NCBI GenBank assembly: GCA_000708835.1
Contig: DF237155.1
Span: 62,001-126,000 of the forward strand
DNA from: Klebsormidium nitens
Lineage: Eukaryota; Plantae; Klebsormidiophyceae
DNA length: 64,000 bases
Direction: 5' to 3'
In this document: piece by piece, positions 13,273 through 24,540 of the stretch
Layout of the letters: every line of letters begins with the position of its first letter
Numbering within the stretch: the first letter of the stretch is position 1
Position numbers and translations under genes: made by a program
Notes under the pieces: model-generated
Databases searched by the model: none
Seen by the model: only the letters and a program-made list of their open reading frames with translations
Told to the model about the DNA's origin: nothing

Positions 13273-15163
13273 ATGCCTACCTTCAATTGCTGCGGCATCC
13301 CTTGCTATAAGGTTAGTGAAGCTCCCCAATCTATCTACTTTTGCTTGAGCAAGGTAGTGGTCGCGGCAGGCCGAGGCCATGCTTGCGCAAAAGTGAAGAC
13401 GAAAAAGCGTTTCTCATTCATCTTTGTGCATTTCAGGGAGTCTTCAAAGTGCTGGTATTTGAGGCTGAAAAGCACACCAGATTTCCTTGCAGTACATTTA
13501 TGTACTTTGTGCGTCGTGGGGTTCCGGGTCGCTGCAGAATGAGCTAGCTTGATTGGGCATTTAGCCGGCTACCTTTACTCAGTCAAGAAGTTTGGCGTAG
13601 TGGATCCGTGTCAAAGGGCCGCTGCTTCCAAAAACAGTGGGGGAACCTTCTTAGGTCATGCACTCTAATCATGTCGATAGTTTTGGCTCGCTTGCCTAGG
13701 TTTCACAACTTGACCCCTTTTGATTGCAGGTGGGACATGACCCAAACGAACATGCATGCTGCAGGTGAGGAGCCACAAAGCATCAGTGTTCGTGAAAGTC
13801 TCTCTAGGATCGCTTGCTGTGGAGCTTGTGCCATTAGGCAGTCACTGGAGACATGTCACGGCTAGTGTAACGTAACAGGAAATTGAACTTCTCGCTTACA
13901 GACACGTGCCTTATGCAGATTTCACTTGTCTGGTTCTGCGTGATAATCGTGGCAAATAATGTTCAATTGGACAGCCCAGTATGAACGTGGTCGCCGTCTG
14001 CATTTCACAACTCTTTTTTACTGCGTATGAGAGGCACTCGTGGTAATATGTGTGTGCTGATGTAGGGCAGTTGTACTTTGCCTGCTGAAGCAGCTCCCAA
14101 GTACTCTGTCTAGCTAAGAGATCTCTCTGAAAGTACCAAGTTTGAACTTCATTCTGGATGATATTTGGATATGCGGACCCGATACTTCCGGTAGGTAGGA
14201 GATTGCCGTGGCACCCTTTATGCCAGCCCTAGGTACTCAACAGAAATATGTGCACTCTTTGTTGCCTCCAACTGACTCGCGGTGTGTCTGCTGTGTGCAG
14301 TGGGACGTGCTGCATGCGCTTCTGGACGTGCGCCATCTGCTGGGAGTGCTCTGAGGAGAAGGTGCAGTGCTGCTGCTTCTCGTGTCGAAACAAGAGCCAC
14401 AGGACTACCACGGACCCTTACAAGAACCATCATGGGTGAGCTTGAAGGACCGTACCTACCGCATAAACAAGAGCGTTTTATAGTTTAAAGACACGTTTTC
14501 TGCGAATGCCTTTCAAAGAGAAGGCTCCCTTGTCAGGTTGTTGACCTTTGAGACACAAAAGTGGCTCGTTGAAAAAAAGTAGGTCTTCGTAGGGATTCCT
14601 TTGCCATTGCCAAGTTTTGCATATTCATTCAGTGCTAGGATGTTTGAAATCATTTCAGGCGGCACTGTCTTTACTAGCAAGGACCAGCTCTCTGTCGTAG
14701 TCACAATCATCAAGTAAGGAGAAGCAATGAAGTGCAATCCATTGAGGGTGGTTGGATGCTTGAAATCGTTTCAGATGGCACTCTCCATTAATCGCGATTA
14801 CCAGCTCTTTGTCATTGTTACATTCATCTTTAAGTATGAGAGAAGCAAAAAGTGTGAGTTGTACTCGTGATAGTCTGGTTTGTGCGTGAAAAACAAGGCA
14901 ACACTCTGAGGCTAAGGTCATAGATGAAGCTTGACAACCTGTATCATGTGGTGCTATGCACTACTTGTCTTTCCAGAATGCAGTGGTCATGGGTACGATC
15001 TATTGATCTTTGCAGGCACGGCATAGCAACGACGGCCCCTCCGCAACAAGCCATGGGTTATCCTCAGGCAGGCTCCGCACCATACAACACGCATGCGGCA
15101 ACTCCCGCAGGCTATGCTTCTTATCCTGCGGCAGAGAAGCCGGTGAAAACGACAACCTACTGA
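13273..15163 (+). CDS. Small Cys-rich protein with a Pro/Ala/Tyr-rich tail, 118 aa, unknown function
   Basis: Four phase-consistent exons: 13273-13311, 13730-13764, 14301-14435, 15016-15163 (357 nt). Donors GTTAGT/GTGAGG/GTGAGC, acceptors TTGCAG/GTGCAG/TTGCAG. Product: MPTFNCCGIPCYKVGHDPNEHACCSGTCCMRFWTCAICWECSEEKVQCCCFSCRNK...AMGYPQAGSAPYNTHAATPAGYASYPAAEKPVKTTTY. Confidence 0.8.
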
Positions 15164-18100
15164 CGAAACGGTACCAGAGCTAGAGCACGCAGATGTAGCT
15201 TGAAGGGTGGCAAGCGGAAGGTGGTCAGCTAGAGCATGCCACCATGCAGCTTATAAACACAGCTGCTGGCATACGGCTTGCAGTCTGAGTGTCAAGCCAA
15301 GCGCGCGTAAGGGCAGCAAGTAACGCTGCTTTGTAAAATAAGTGACATGGTAGCAGTACCATGAAGTGACATGGCTTGCATGGTGTACTGGTTTTAGTGC
15401 TTGAAGAGAACTGTCAGATCAGAGGCAGATTGCCAAGGAGTTCGATGGGAGATATAACAGATGAACGATTTATATATAGCGCAGGATTCGAGAACGCGAC
15501 TCAAATTAGCAGGAGATTGTTTACCTTTCATTCATGCTGACGGAGTGAATAGGACCGTGCACCAAGGCTTATACCATAGCTCCAAGTTATGGTAGTGAAG
15601 CAAGAGCTGACGACCAATTAACTTATCCGCACATGCAATTGGTGAACGATGAATCACACAATCATTGCAGAGCACAGACGAGGCACAGACGACCTATAGC
15701 TCAGAACAACAGCTAATTACATTAAAAGGGTTAGGTTTTGTCAATTTAGGGATATAATGTGACATGATGACGGTATACGAGCAATACAGGCTGGTAGCTC
15801 AAATGCTTTTAAGCCCAGTGTGCCCTAGTAAAAATGTTGCGGCACTCTATCAGTGCGGCACCGCTCGGTACTATCATCTCTTTTGCTTCATCTACGCATT
15901 GCAGCATGCTAATCCAACAGATTAGTCTCCCCTGCCCCGCTTGACCCGCTGCCTTCGCCACCAAACATGGTATGGTCACTTAAGTCCGGTCAGCATTCGC
16001 TCGTGGATTGCAAGGAACAAGTGAATGCAATCACTGTTCGACAGAGGGACGTATCAAATTGCCACAGCTATGTGCCCAAATATTTCTCCTCCGCCAGCTT
16101 TCGTGCAGACGTTGGCTGGAAGCTCCGATCTCGATTGGCGCCACGGACTGGAGATTGGAGACTCGATTGCGGACGCACTTAAGCAGAGATACATGGATGA
16201 AAACCCTCGTGCTCTCTCCTCCAATCTCGCTGCAATGATCGGCATCCTGTAAAAAGTGTAAGCCGCCCGCCCCATTGCGCGAGCACACTACGGCACTAAT
16301 TGTACATGCAAAGCTTTGCGTATCCAAGTATTTTTAAGCTGACAATATCAATGGCGGCTGCTCACATAAATTGCTTGGACATCTGCAGGAGGTCGCTTAA
16401 TGTTTATCAATGACTTGAGTACTCATGCAAGACCAGAATCAAACGATTCAAGCGAATCTTGATTGAACTGTGTTTAACGATCATGTACGATTTTCATATC
16501 AGCACAGTCCGTCACCTGAAGTCCAACTAAGTCAGTGGCGCCTAGCCTAGGAGCCTCTCTGAAGAACTGATGGTGCACCACACTTCGGATCAAAAAGTTT
16601 GCAACACGGGCAATAACAGTCCCAACTGAGTTGATGAATCAGGAGCAGCAGCGGCAGCGACCAGAATCGCTTGTTGTCCTGTTGGCTCTTGTTGGAGCGA
16701 TTCGTTTGTAGACAAGCTTTTGAAGAGATTCCCAAAAACAGCATGTCGGACGAGAATGCCTACGCGCGTTCCAATACAACTTCTCGTCTTTCCTGCCAAG
16801 TGGTCCAAAAGTGAAGGGGTGGCTTAATTTCAAGTTCAGCACGAAAGTAACGTGTCACTTTGTGCTCCTGCCGTCGCTTGCCCTTGATCAGACACGTTTT
16901 CTTTCTTGGAGTGGCCATGCACCTTACATTCGGACACCCTCGTGCAAGCAGAGGCCGAATACACCAACCACACTCGGACTGGGGCCTTTCCAGTGTAAGA
17001 TTTGCTGACGTCAGTTGGAAAACACGACGGGGCGAAAAGGTTGGACACAGACTTGACGTGATCCGCCCGCATCAAAGACAGCTCAGGTACTTAGTCCGAC
17101 CAAGTGCTCGAGCAAAGTAGCCACCCAGGCTCTGAACCATCCGACGTTGACCAAGCAAGAGCGGCAGCGCCGCATCAAGCTCTCAGTTCCGAACACTAGC
17201 CAGAACATCCTGGGACTCAGCTGAAGTCTAGGCGTGACTCGTGCATCACTAGTGGATGCAAGGGAATCTGGGACGGATATCGCTCTTCAGCAACTCATGA
17301 GCCGCAATGAGTGCCAACCCCGTGCCGACCTTTTCAATCAAGGCTTCTTAATGTCAGCCTTCAGAAATCTGGGCCGGCACCATGTACTTCGCACTCGTTG
17401 ATACCTGGATCACAGTCCACTGCTGTCCTATAGAACACAGGAAAACTCCGACTTACCACTGCCTTCAGCCGTTTCTTACGTTGGGGCCACCTTCTCTTGC
17501 GGCCGGCTCAGCATCCGTAACACCGGTGTCAAGTCCCTTGCGTGCAGCCCCGTCATCAGGTTCTCTGCTGGCAAGTAACCCTCAGGAGCGACACGACTTT
17601 TCAAGTGCCACGCATGCTGACATGGCCCTGCACAAACGTAGGAAACACTGTGAACGATGATAGATAAAGCACTTGTGCTGACATCATCACAAGCTTGCGT
17701 GCAGGTGACAAGTGGCGGGTCCTGACATGCATGCAAAATAATATATCCTGGCAGCCGCCTGATGCACCAGTATACCTCAGCAAGGCTGAGATGGATGTGC
17801 GCACTGCCATTGGGCCGCATGGGCACCTGATTCTGGAAAGGAGATTGTATAATCAACTAAGAGGAAGAGGCATGATCCACGCAAGTCGCTCCATCCTGGA
17901 TGTTATTCGACGTACTGCAAAATGCTCCAATGAAAATCACATGAGAGCTAAAACAAAGGTTATTATTGACACAAAGTCAAAAGCTAAAGCGAAAGCCCAG
18001 CCAGAAAACACAATCACATATGAGAGATTCCTCGTCGGAGAAAACTGCTCAATACAAGAGCAAGGTGTCGCCATCAACGCCGCAGTTGTGGTCGTGTTAT

Positions 18101-18867
18101 GAATGCACACTAGAGGCACGAAGTTGGGTTTAAGCAGCAAAGACCACCCATGACCGTTTCTGTTCAGAATCTTCTTGCTGGAACCATCTAACCAATTCCT
18201 GGACAAACGCCGAACAAACACCCCCGGCACTTCCATCAGAGCAGAACCTTCCGCTTCAAAGACAAAAGCGCAACACTGACAGTTTGAGGACTAGATTAAC
18301 TTAACACATGCCTGTTGGCAAACTTTACTAGCTGCCTCCAAAGACAAGATTTTTAGATGTGGCCAAAGGCCCTTCGGCGATTGCATTTTTTGTTGCACAG
18401 GTGCGCTTCTATAGGAGCAGAGTCCTCTGAAGCTTGGGCCAGGAGCAATGACAGCCACATTGATTAGATTCTCAGCCCCTTATTACTGGCAGTCCTGTTG
18501 CACAAGTGTGTACTCAGCGCCTAACGACGGAAAGGGATAGGCTGAAAGCCCAGTCGCAGCAAAGTCCGAAAGGACCCCCAACTTCAAGGCTTGCATTGCA
18601 TCAAGACGAAGGCGCAATGGTGCAGAAGGGAGCAAGACTCTTACCTATCTTGCAGTTTGAAGTTAAGTGCGGCCCCTTGCTTTGTGATGCACCAGGTTTA
18701 GCTACAGGATACTTGGAGAAGCAGGTCCTGAAGGGAAATGAGTGAAGCATTAACCACACATTGGATGTGACACAAAATGGTGGGCAATAAGTACAGAAAG
18801 ATTTGTTCCTCTATGGCAGAATTTTGCAAGGAAGACAGCGGTGGAACATACCCACACACTCAAGTTT

Positions 18868-19107
18868 GAGCTTTCGGCGCACAAAGTCCGCCATTGAAGG
18901 CATTGGCTAATCGCCATTTAGAGATACGAACGCAGTCACGTATCTCTGAGCCCCCAGCGCACAAAGTCCGCATGGTGAGAGCGTGGGCTTATCGCCTTAT
19001 GCCAGGGTGTAGGCTGATCGCCTCACCCAATGCTTGGGCTTACCGCCTCGACACATTCAGCAACCCGGGCTTAGCGCCTCACAATGGGCTTAGCGCCTCA
19101 GAGGGGA
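18868..19107. repeat. Structured direct repeat, copy 1 (~240 bp hairpin array)
   Basis: Aligns end to end with 19467-19709. Contains 2x GCG-CACAAAGTC-CGC and 6x GGC-(T/C)NANC-GCC. Confidence 0.93.
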
Positions 19108-19466
19108 CAAGACGAAATCTTTGAACAAAGCAAACCAAATGGGTAAGCACCAATGTATCCCAAACTCACATTGCTCAAGATGCAAGCATGAACTGTTAAG
19201 CAAGATTCCAATTCCTACCTGACTTGCAGAGGTATCAGGTTGCTGCTTGCTCTGTCTGTGGTACACCGAGTTCACGTCCACGATGTCTAAGGAAGGAGGT
19301 CCTGAACAAAACCAAGTATAAAATGGATCACAATGGGTGTGACACAATATTGGTTGACACTGTGAGCTTGTCTGTGACGAGCATAGCCAAGAAGTACAGC
19401 GGTAGAGTACTTTAAAAATCCTACAATAAAGACAGGGATCGCAGAACGCCATAAAATCCTGGGATC

Positions 19467-19709
19467 GAGCCTTCGGCGCACAAAGTCCGCCATCGAAGGC
19501 ATTGGCTGACCGCCAAATAGAGGTACCGACATCCACAGTCGCGTACCTCTGAGCCCCCAGCGCACAAAGTCCGCATGGAGAGAGCGTGGGCTTATCGCCT
19601 TGAGCAAGGGTGTGGGCTGACCGCCTCACCCACTGCTTGGGCTTACCGCCTCCACACACATAGCGACCTGGGCCTAGCGCCTCATGTTGGGCTTAGCGCC
19701 TCGTGGGGA
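19467..19709. repeat. Structured direct repeat, copy 2 (~243 bp hairpin array)
   Basis: Diverged copy of 18868-19107 with the same hairpin order. Followed by CTGTTTTT (T5 at 19714-19718). Confidence 0.93.
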
Positions 19710-20794
19710 TCTGTTTTTCTGCTACTACTACTCTAGAGCCCCGCGTCAGGGCCGGTCAGGCATCTGATCGATGCAATGTGAGGAATCTTGAATGTGCGAG
19801 GCTTCTGACTTCACTCACTGCATGATGTTCACAGTGACTCTGAGTGTGGCTTGCACAAAGCGAGGGGGATTCCTTTCAAAAGCGCCCGGAATGGTTAGCA
19901 GAGCGATTTTCTAACCCCTAGATGAAAACCCGTGTGGCGTCGATCAGCTGATACCCTTGAAAGCGTGGTACGTCGATCAATCCTGATACGAATAAAGTTA
20001 AACCCAGTTTAACCTGTAGCCGACAGGCCGTTTCAGGTTGCGTAGGCACGAGCTTGGGCGAATCGCCATCTGCCACGTGTCACATTCTCTGTCATTTGAA
20101 CTCAGTCTTTGATTCCCCCGGGGCTCTCCACCGGGAAGTCTTCCAGCTTCAAGTACCGTATCGGTAATCGTAGCGGATATCGCCACCATTGCAAGACACA
20201 GTGTGGGGACTCAAGGATGACAGGACTCAACCTTTGGGACCGACATGAAGTTGGCCGGGACTCGCCGGGAGGAACTGAGCACCGGCCTTTGACTTGACCG
20301 ACTGATATCAACTGTCCGATTGGTGACATTTGGACAATCTGACGGCTGACATGTAATTGATGGCTTCATGTGATCAAGGCTGCAACTTCATGGCTGAAGG
20401 CTCACTTGAGAAAATGCTTATCCTGGCAGTTAGTGTACAGTCTATGTTACAAAACAGTTTCCCAAATGCTTCAAGTTAGCGCAGGCTGCAACTAAGCAGC
20501 TTGCCCGTCCTGCCCCGGGCGCTCCTTTTGTTATTCTAAGAATGTGTCGGTGTTCTCCAGACGACCTTGCTACCACCTTTGCCAGTTTTAAAGGACACGT
20601 CTCCCATCGACAACCCTGATAAGCGCTCCAACCACACACACGTCGGTCACCAAGTCCCAGAAGAATCGGGTCAAAGCAGTGAAAGCTGTACAGCGAGGTG
20701 AGGTAAGGTATACTAGGACTCCACTTAGTTCAATTTGAGCAGCTTCTAAATGGGCGTCGTTCTAACACACATGACTCCTTACGAAACTGCCTGG

Positions 20795-23700
20795 TCACGT
20801 GCCTTCCATGTTTTCCGAGTCCTGCGGCGGCGGGTCGTCCTTTGCACTGTTTTGAATTACGATGCTGGGCCGCCTCCGATGAAACAACGGCGCGCCGGGG
20901 GTGGCGGGCACGCTTGCATTCGCAGACTGCTCTCGTTGGGGGGTGGAGAACGAGAGCGTGACGCCCGTGCCAAACCCCCGGGACACGGTCGGTAGGCCTC
21001 TCTCGGGGGGAGGCGTGGTCGCCCCCGTCCAGCTAAAACTCCGGTTAAAGGCGGCGGTTAGGGAGCCCTGGGGCGGGGACGGGGAACCTTGCAGGGGGCT
21101 CTGCCGGGCGCCTTGCTGGACCCCCCGGAACTCGGGGCTCGCCGACTGGTAAAACCCGGGCCGGGGAGTAGACGCAAAGCTCCCCCCCGGCTGCTGGATC
21201 GTTTGCATGGTCGCGCTCTTGCGCGTTCTACCAGCACTGCTCGGCTGATCGATCAGCGGAGGGATGAAGGTTGGGGGGGCGAAGATGCTTCTGGGAGAGG
21301 CCTTGTCGTGCTCGTCCCTGTCCTGGGCGTCGTCCTCCATGGCTGTGGCGGCCTGCGACTCGGGCCCAGACGGGGCCTCCTCTGACACCTTTTCCCGCCC
21401 ACCAAAAGTGGGAGTCCCTGCTACGGCCGACGTGCCTAGCTTTGAAAGGGAAGAGTCTGCTTGGGGGCGGCGGTCGGAGGAGTGGAGACCGGAGGAAGAC
21501 GGCACTGAGGCGCTCCGGCTGCGCGCCACCTGTAACAGGCGAGGCACAGCGTCAGGTCGTGGGGATATCGCGAAAACAGAGTCTGTGCTATTTGATGCTG
21601 ACTCGATGCTGGATACAAAGCCTTATGAAACTCGGTCGCTGCAAGAGACCCAATCACAGTATCCAAGATCGTACTACTCCTGGAAAGTGCAGGTTTTCCA
21701 CTTAGAGAAATCCCTGAGGGCTACAAACTCTGGGCAGCAGACATGGTTGCGAACGTTGCAAATGTCATTGCAACGTCAATGAACGAAAGGAAGAGCTCAA
21801 ATGCCCCTCACTTGCATGCAGCTCCCTCTGTCCGTGAAGCTTCCGTAGTCCGGCGAGCTCGTCAGCTCCAGACTGTTGGCTTTCAACCGCGGCTTCCACA
21901 CCACTTTCCTCTCCCCCTGCTGCGCACTCCCCTGCCATTGCTTCCCGCCACTCGTCAGGGGGGGGAAGTCCTCTGTATCAGTCGGCCCCCACCCGGGGCT
22001 CATCGGCTCTCCCGGACTGAGCGGATCCTCCTTTCCGTCCATTAGGTTACTCGCCCCCGCTTTCCACTGGGGCGACTTCTGCTGATTTACAATCCCGCTT
22101 AGCGGAGGGGACTTCGGCGCCGTTCCCCAGAGACCCTTTGCTGGTCGTGGGGTGGTTCCAAACCCGTCTGCTAACCCCCTCGCTGACCCGGTTCCGCCTT
22201 GAGGACTCCACCCGGGCTTTTGCGCCGCTATACCATTTTCCGCACCGCCCCACTTGCGCACAGTTTGCGAATTCCACTGCGATCCCGCAGGCCGGAAATC
22301 CGAGATCGCCCGCTTCTCATCCTGCTCCCACCCAGCGTTCAGGTCTTTCTTCACGGTCGATTCCCCCCAGCCCTTTACCCGAGTAGTTTGCTGCCTCCAC
22401 CCCCCTTTCAAATCCTCGTTCCTACCAGCATTGGACTGGAACGTCGCCTCGCTGGACATATCTCGCGTCTCCTTTTCTGTTTCCCTCTTCCCGTCCTGCA
22501 AGCCCTCTTGCCCCCCCGTTTCATCCATCATCGCCCCTTCCTGGGGGTCCATTTCCGGCACTGGCGATAGGACCGACTGTCCCCCCCCCGGTGCCGGAAC
22601 CCACCCCGGCTTCCCCTCTACCACCCCCTCCCTCGCCCCCGACTCCACCCCCCGGTTAAGCCTAAACTCGGGCGGGTTACCCATGGCCAACGCCGACGGT
22701 CCTAGCTTAAAACCGCTCGACACAGACTGGCCCAGACCGGAGGGGACTTGCGTTGGGGAGTGCGCAGTGGAGGGGGCTTGGCCGCGCATTTGCAGGGAGC
22801 GCAGCAGGGCCGCGCGGCGAAGGTTTGCAGACTGGGCGGGGTCGCTAGGGGAGGGAGGAAGACGGCTGTCCCCCTCCTTTTGCTGCAGCGCGTGGTGCCG
22901 AGAAGGGATGGCGTACGGGTGGGTGCTCGTGTGAGCTGGGATGCCCCATGCGCCAGGGCCTGAAAAAGACAAGCTTTCATCTCGTCAAGAGACAAAGTCC
23001 GAGGCTAACGAGGGGCAGAACTCAGATGGAAGATGCTGCAGACTGGTAGTACAGGCTTACAGGCAAAAAGCAGGGCTTCTCTCAGACGAATTGCAAGGGA
23101 ACAAACTAACGAAGAGGAATGCAATCGCGCCACAGCAGGTTGCAAAGCCAGCCCAGCTTCGGCTTGACAAGGGGAAAATCTCCAAACACAAGCAACTCTT
23201 CTTTGTCAAACAAAGCTTTCAGCAATAAAGCTTACCGGTAACCGCCGGAGGGACGGGGCTGGCCAGGCTTGAGGTCGCCAGGTTGGACGCTGCGATCCCC
23301 CCTCCGTTTGGGCGCCTCCTCGTCCCGTCTGGGCCATAGGCAGCCTCAGGGGACTTGAACTGCGCCTCCTGCATCAGCATGTTGTTGCGCCGCCAGCTGC
23401 CAGGGCTGCTGTCGTCATCCGTATCGCCGTTGTCGTCGCTCATCGCAGAGTCGCCCTGGTTCGACATCATATCGTCCCTGCAGGGCGGAAGGTTGCTTCA
23501 CATACGCCCATGGTGATTGAACATTGCAGCCCAGTAAAGGTCCTCACATGGGCCTTGTTTATTGTGCACAAAAGCTATAGGTGTGAGTGTTGCTGAAAGG
23601 TAGCCACCCATGTTCAATCACCCATATCCTCCTTGGAAAGCTCTCATTAGGAGTTTAGGCAATAGCGATACTCCAAGCAAGAAAGAAGAAACAAAGAGCC

Positions 23701-24540
23701 TATCTAGACCCTCACCCTCCGGCAGAGAGAGCGGCGGAGCTGTAACGGGGCAGGCTGCCCATGAAACGCTGCTCCATAAGCGACCCCCCCTCGCTGGGAA
23801 GCGAGCTGGATAAAAGCTCAGACATCGGGGGGCCGTCCGTTCCATCGTCTTTGGAGTCGCCAACTTTGAGAAGGTTCAAGCTGGAGGCCATCATCTGCAT
23901 TGAAAGCATATTCACGCAATTGTGTCTTCAGGTTAAAATTTGTTCGTACAATGCAGTATTATTTTGTTGGTGAGGCCTGTTGTACCTTGATAGGAAACCA
24001 TCCAGATCTGCTCGAGAGATTGTAGGAATAATATTCATGGGATAATTATACTAGAAGTGGCTTGTGCCACATAACTGCTTGCATAATGCATACTGCTTGC
24101 AAACAGGGCATTGTACGCCAGCACTGGAAAAGCACGGGTGACAGCACGTGTTGCAGCGGCAAATCTGAAGCGCTACTGCAGTATGAGTTACATTTAAGCA
24201 TTTCGCAAAGTGTAACTTGACCTTATTCATATCCCGGCTGACGACATGCTCTGTCCTTATCAACCACCTCTCAATACACAGCATTGTGTCAAGCCCGCTC
24301 ATAACATTTTCCGCTCACCTCCGTTAGATAGCGCTTGGACACATGATAATTGTCCAGCGTGACTGCATCAGCATCCACCGGCCGAGGCCGCTTGTTCGCG
24401 CCCGATGTTGGGAGGCCATCTAGCAGATAGCTGGTCTTACTGGGGCTTCCAGAAAAGGACCGCAGGCCCAGCCCTGGGGGACGGCCGCCAATGTCCCCCG
24501 TCATACCTAGCCGGGCCCTCACAAGGTATTCTGAATCCAT
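20795..24540 (-). CDS. Protein of unknown function, 841 aa, mostly disordered (S/P/G-rich) with two short ordered motifs
   Basis: Exons 24540-24319, 23894-23716, 23477-23236, 22959-21812, 21529-20795 (2526 nt, all phases match, GT-AG). Ordered-looking motifs: VTLDNYHVSKRYLTEMMASSLNLL and LRRAALLRSLQMR. Confidence 0.8.

Noticed and set aside
17242-17260. Near-perfect palindrome TGCATCACTAGTGGATGCA (also GTATACGTATAC at ~40797 and a GCGGC/GCCGC hairpin at ~40865) as Helitron ends
   Set aside because: None shows the hairpin plus ~12 nt plus CTRR arrangement or a matching TC 5' end. Short palindromes are expected by chance in 64 kb.
18868-19709. CRISPR array
   Set aside because: The repeated motifs are only ~13 bp and variable, spacing is irregular (roughly 20-80 bp), the intervening sequences are shared between the two copies rather than unique, there are no cas genes, and the context is eukaryotic.
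18868-19709. Hammerhead ribozyme or geminivirus-type origin
   Set aside because: No CTGANGA/GAAA core on either strand. The loop nonamer CACAAAGTC does not match TAATATTAC or TAGTATTAC, and no Rep ORF is nearby.
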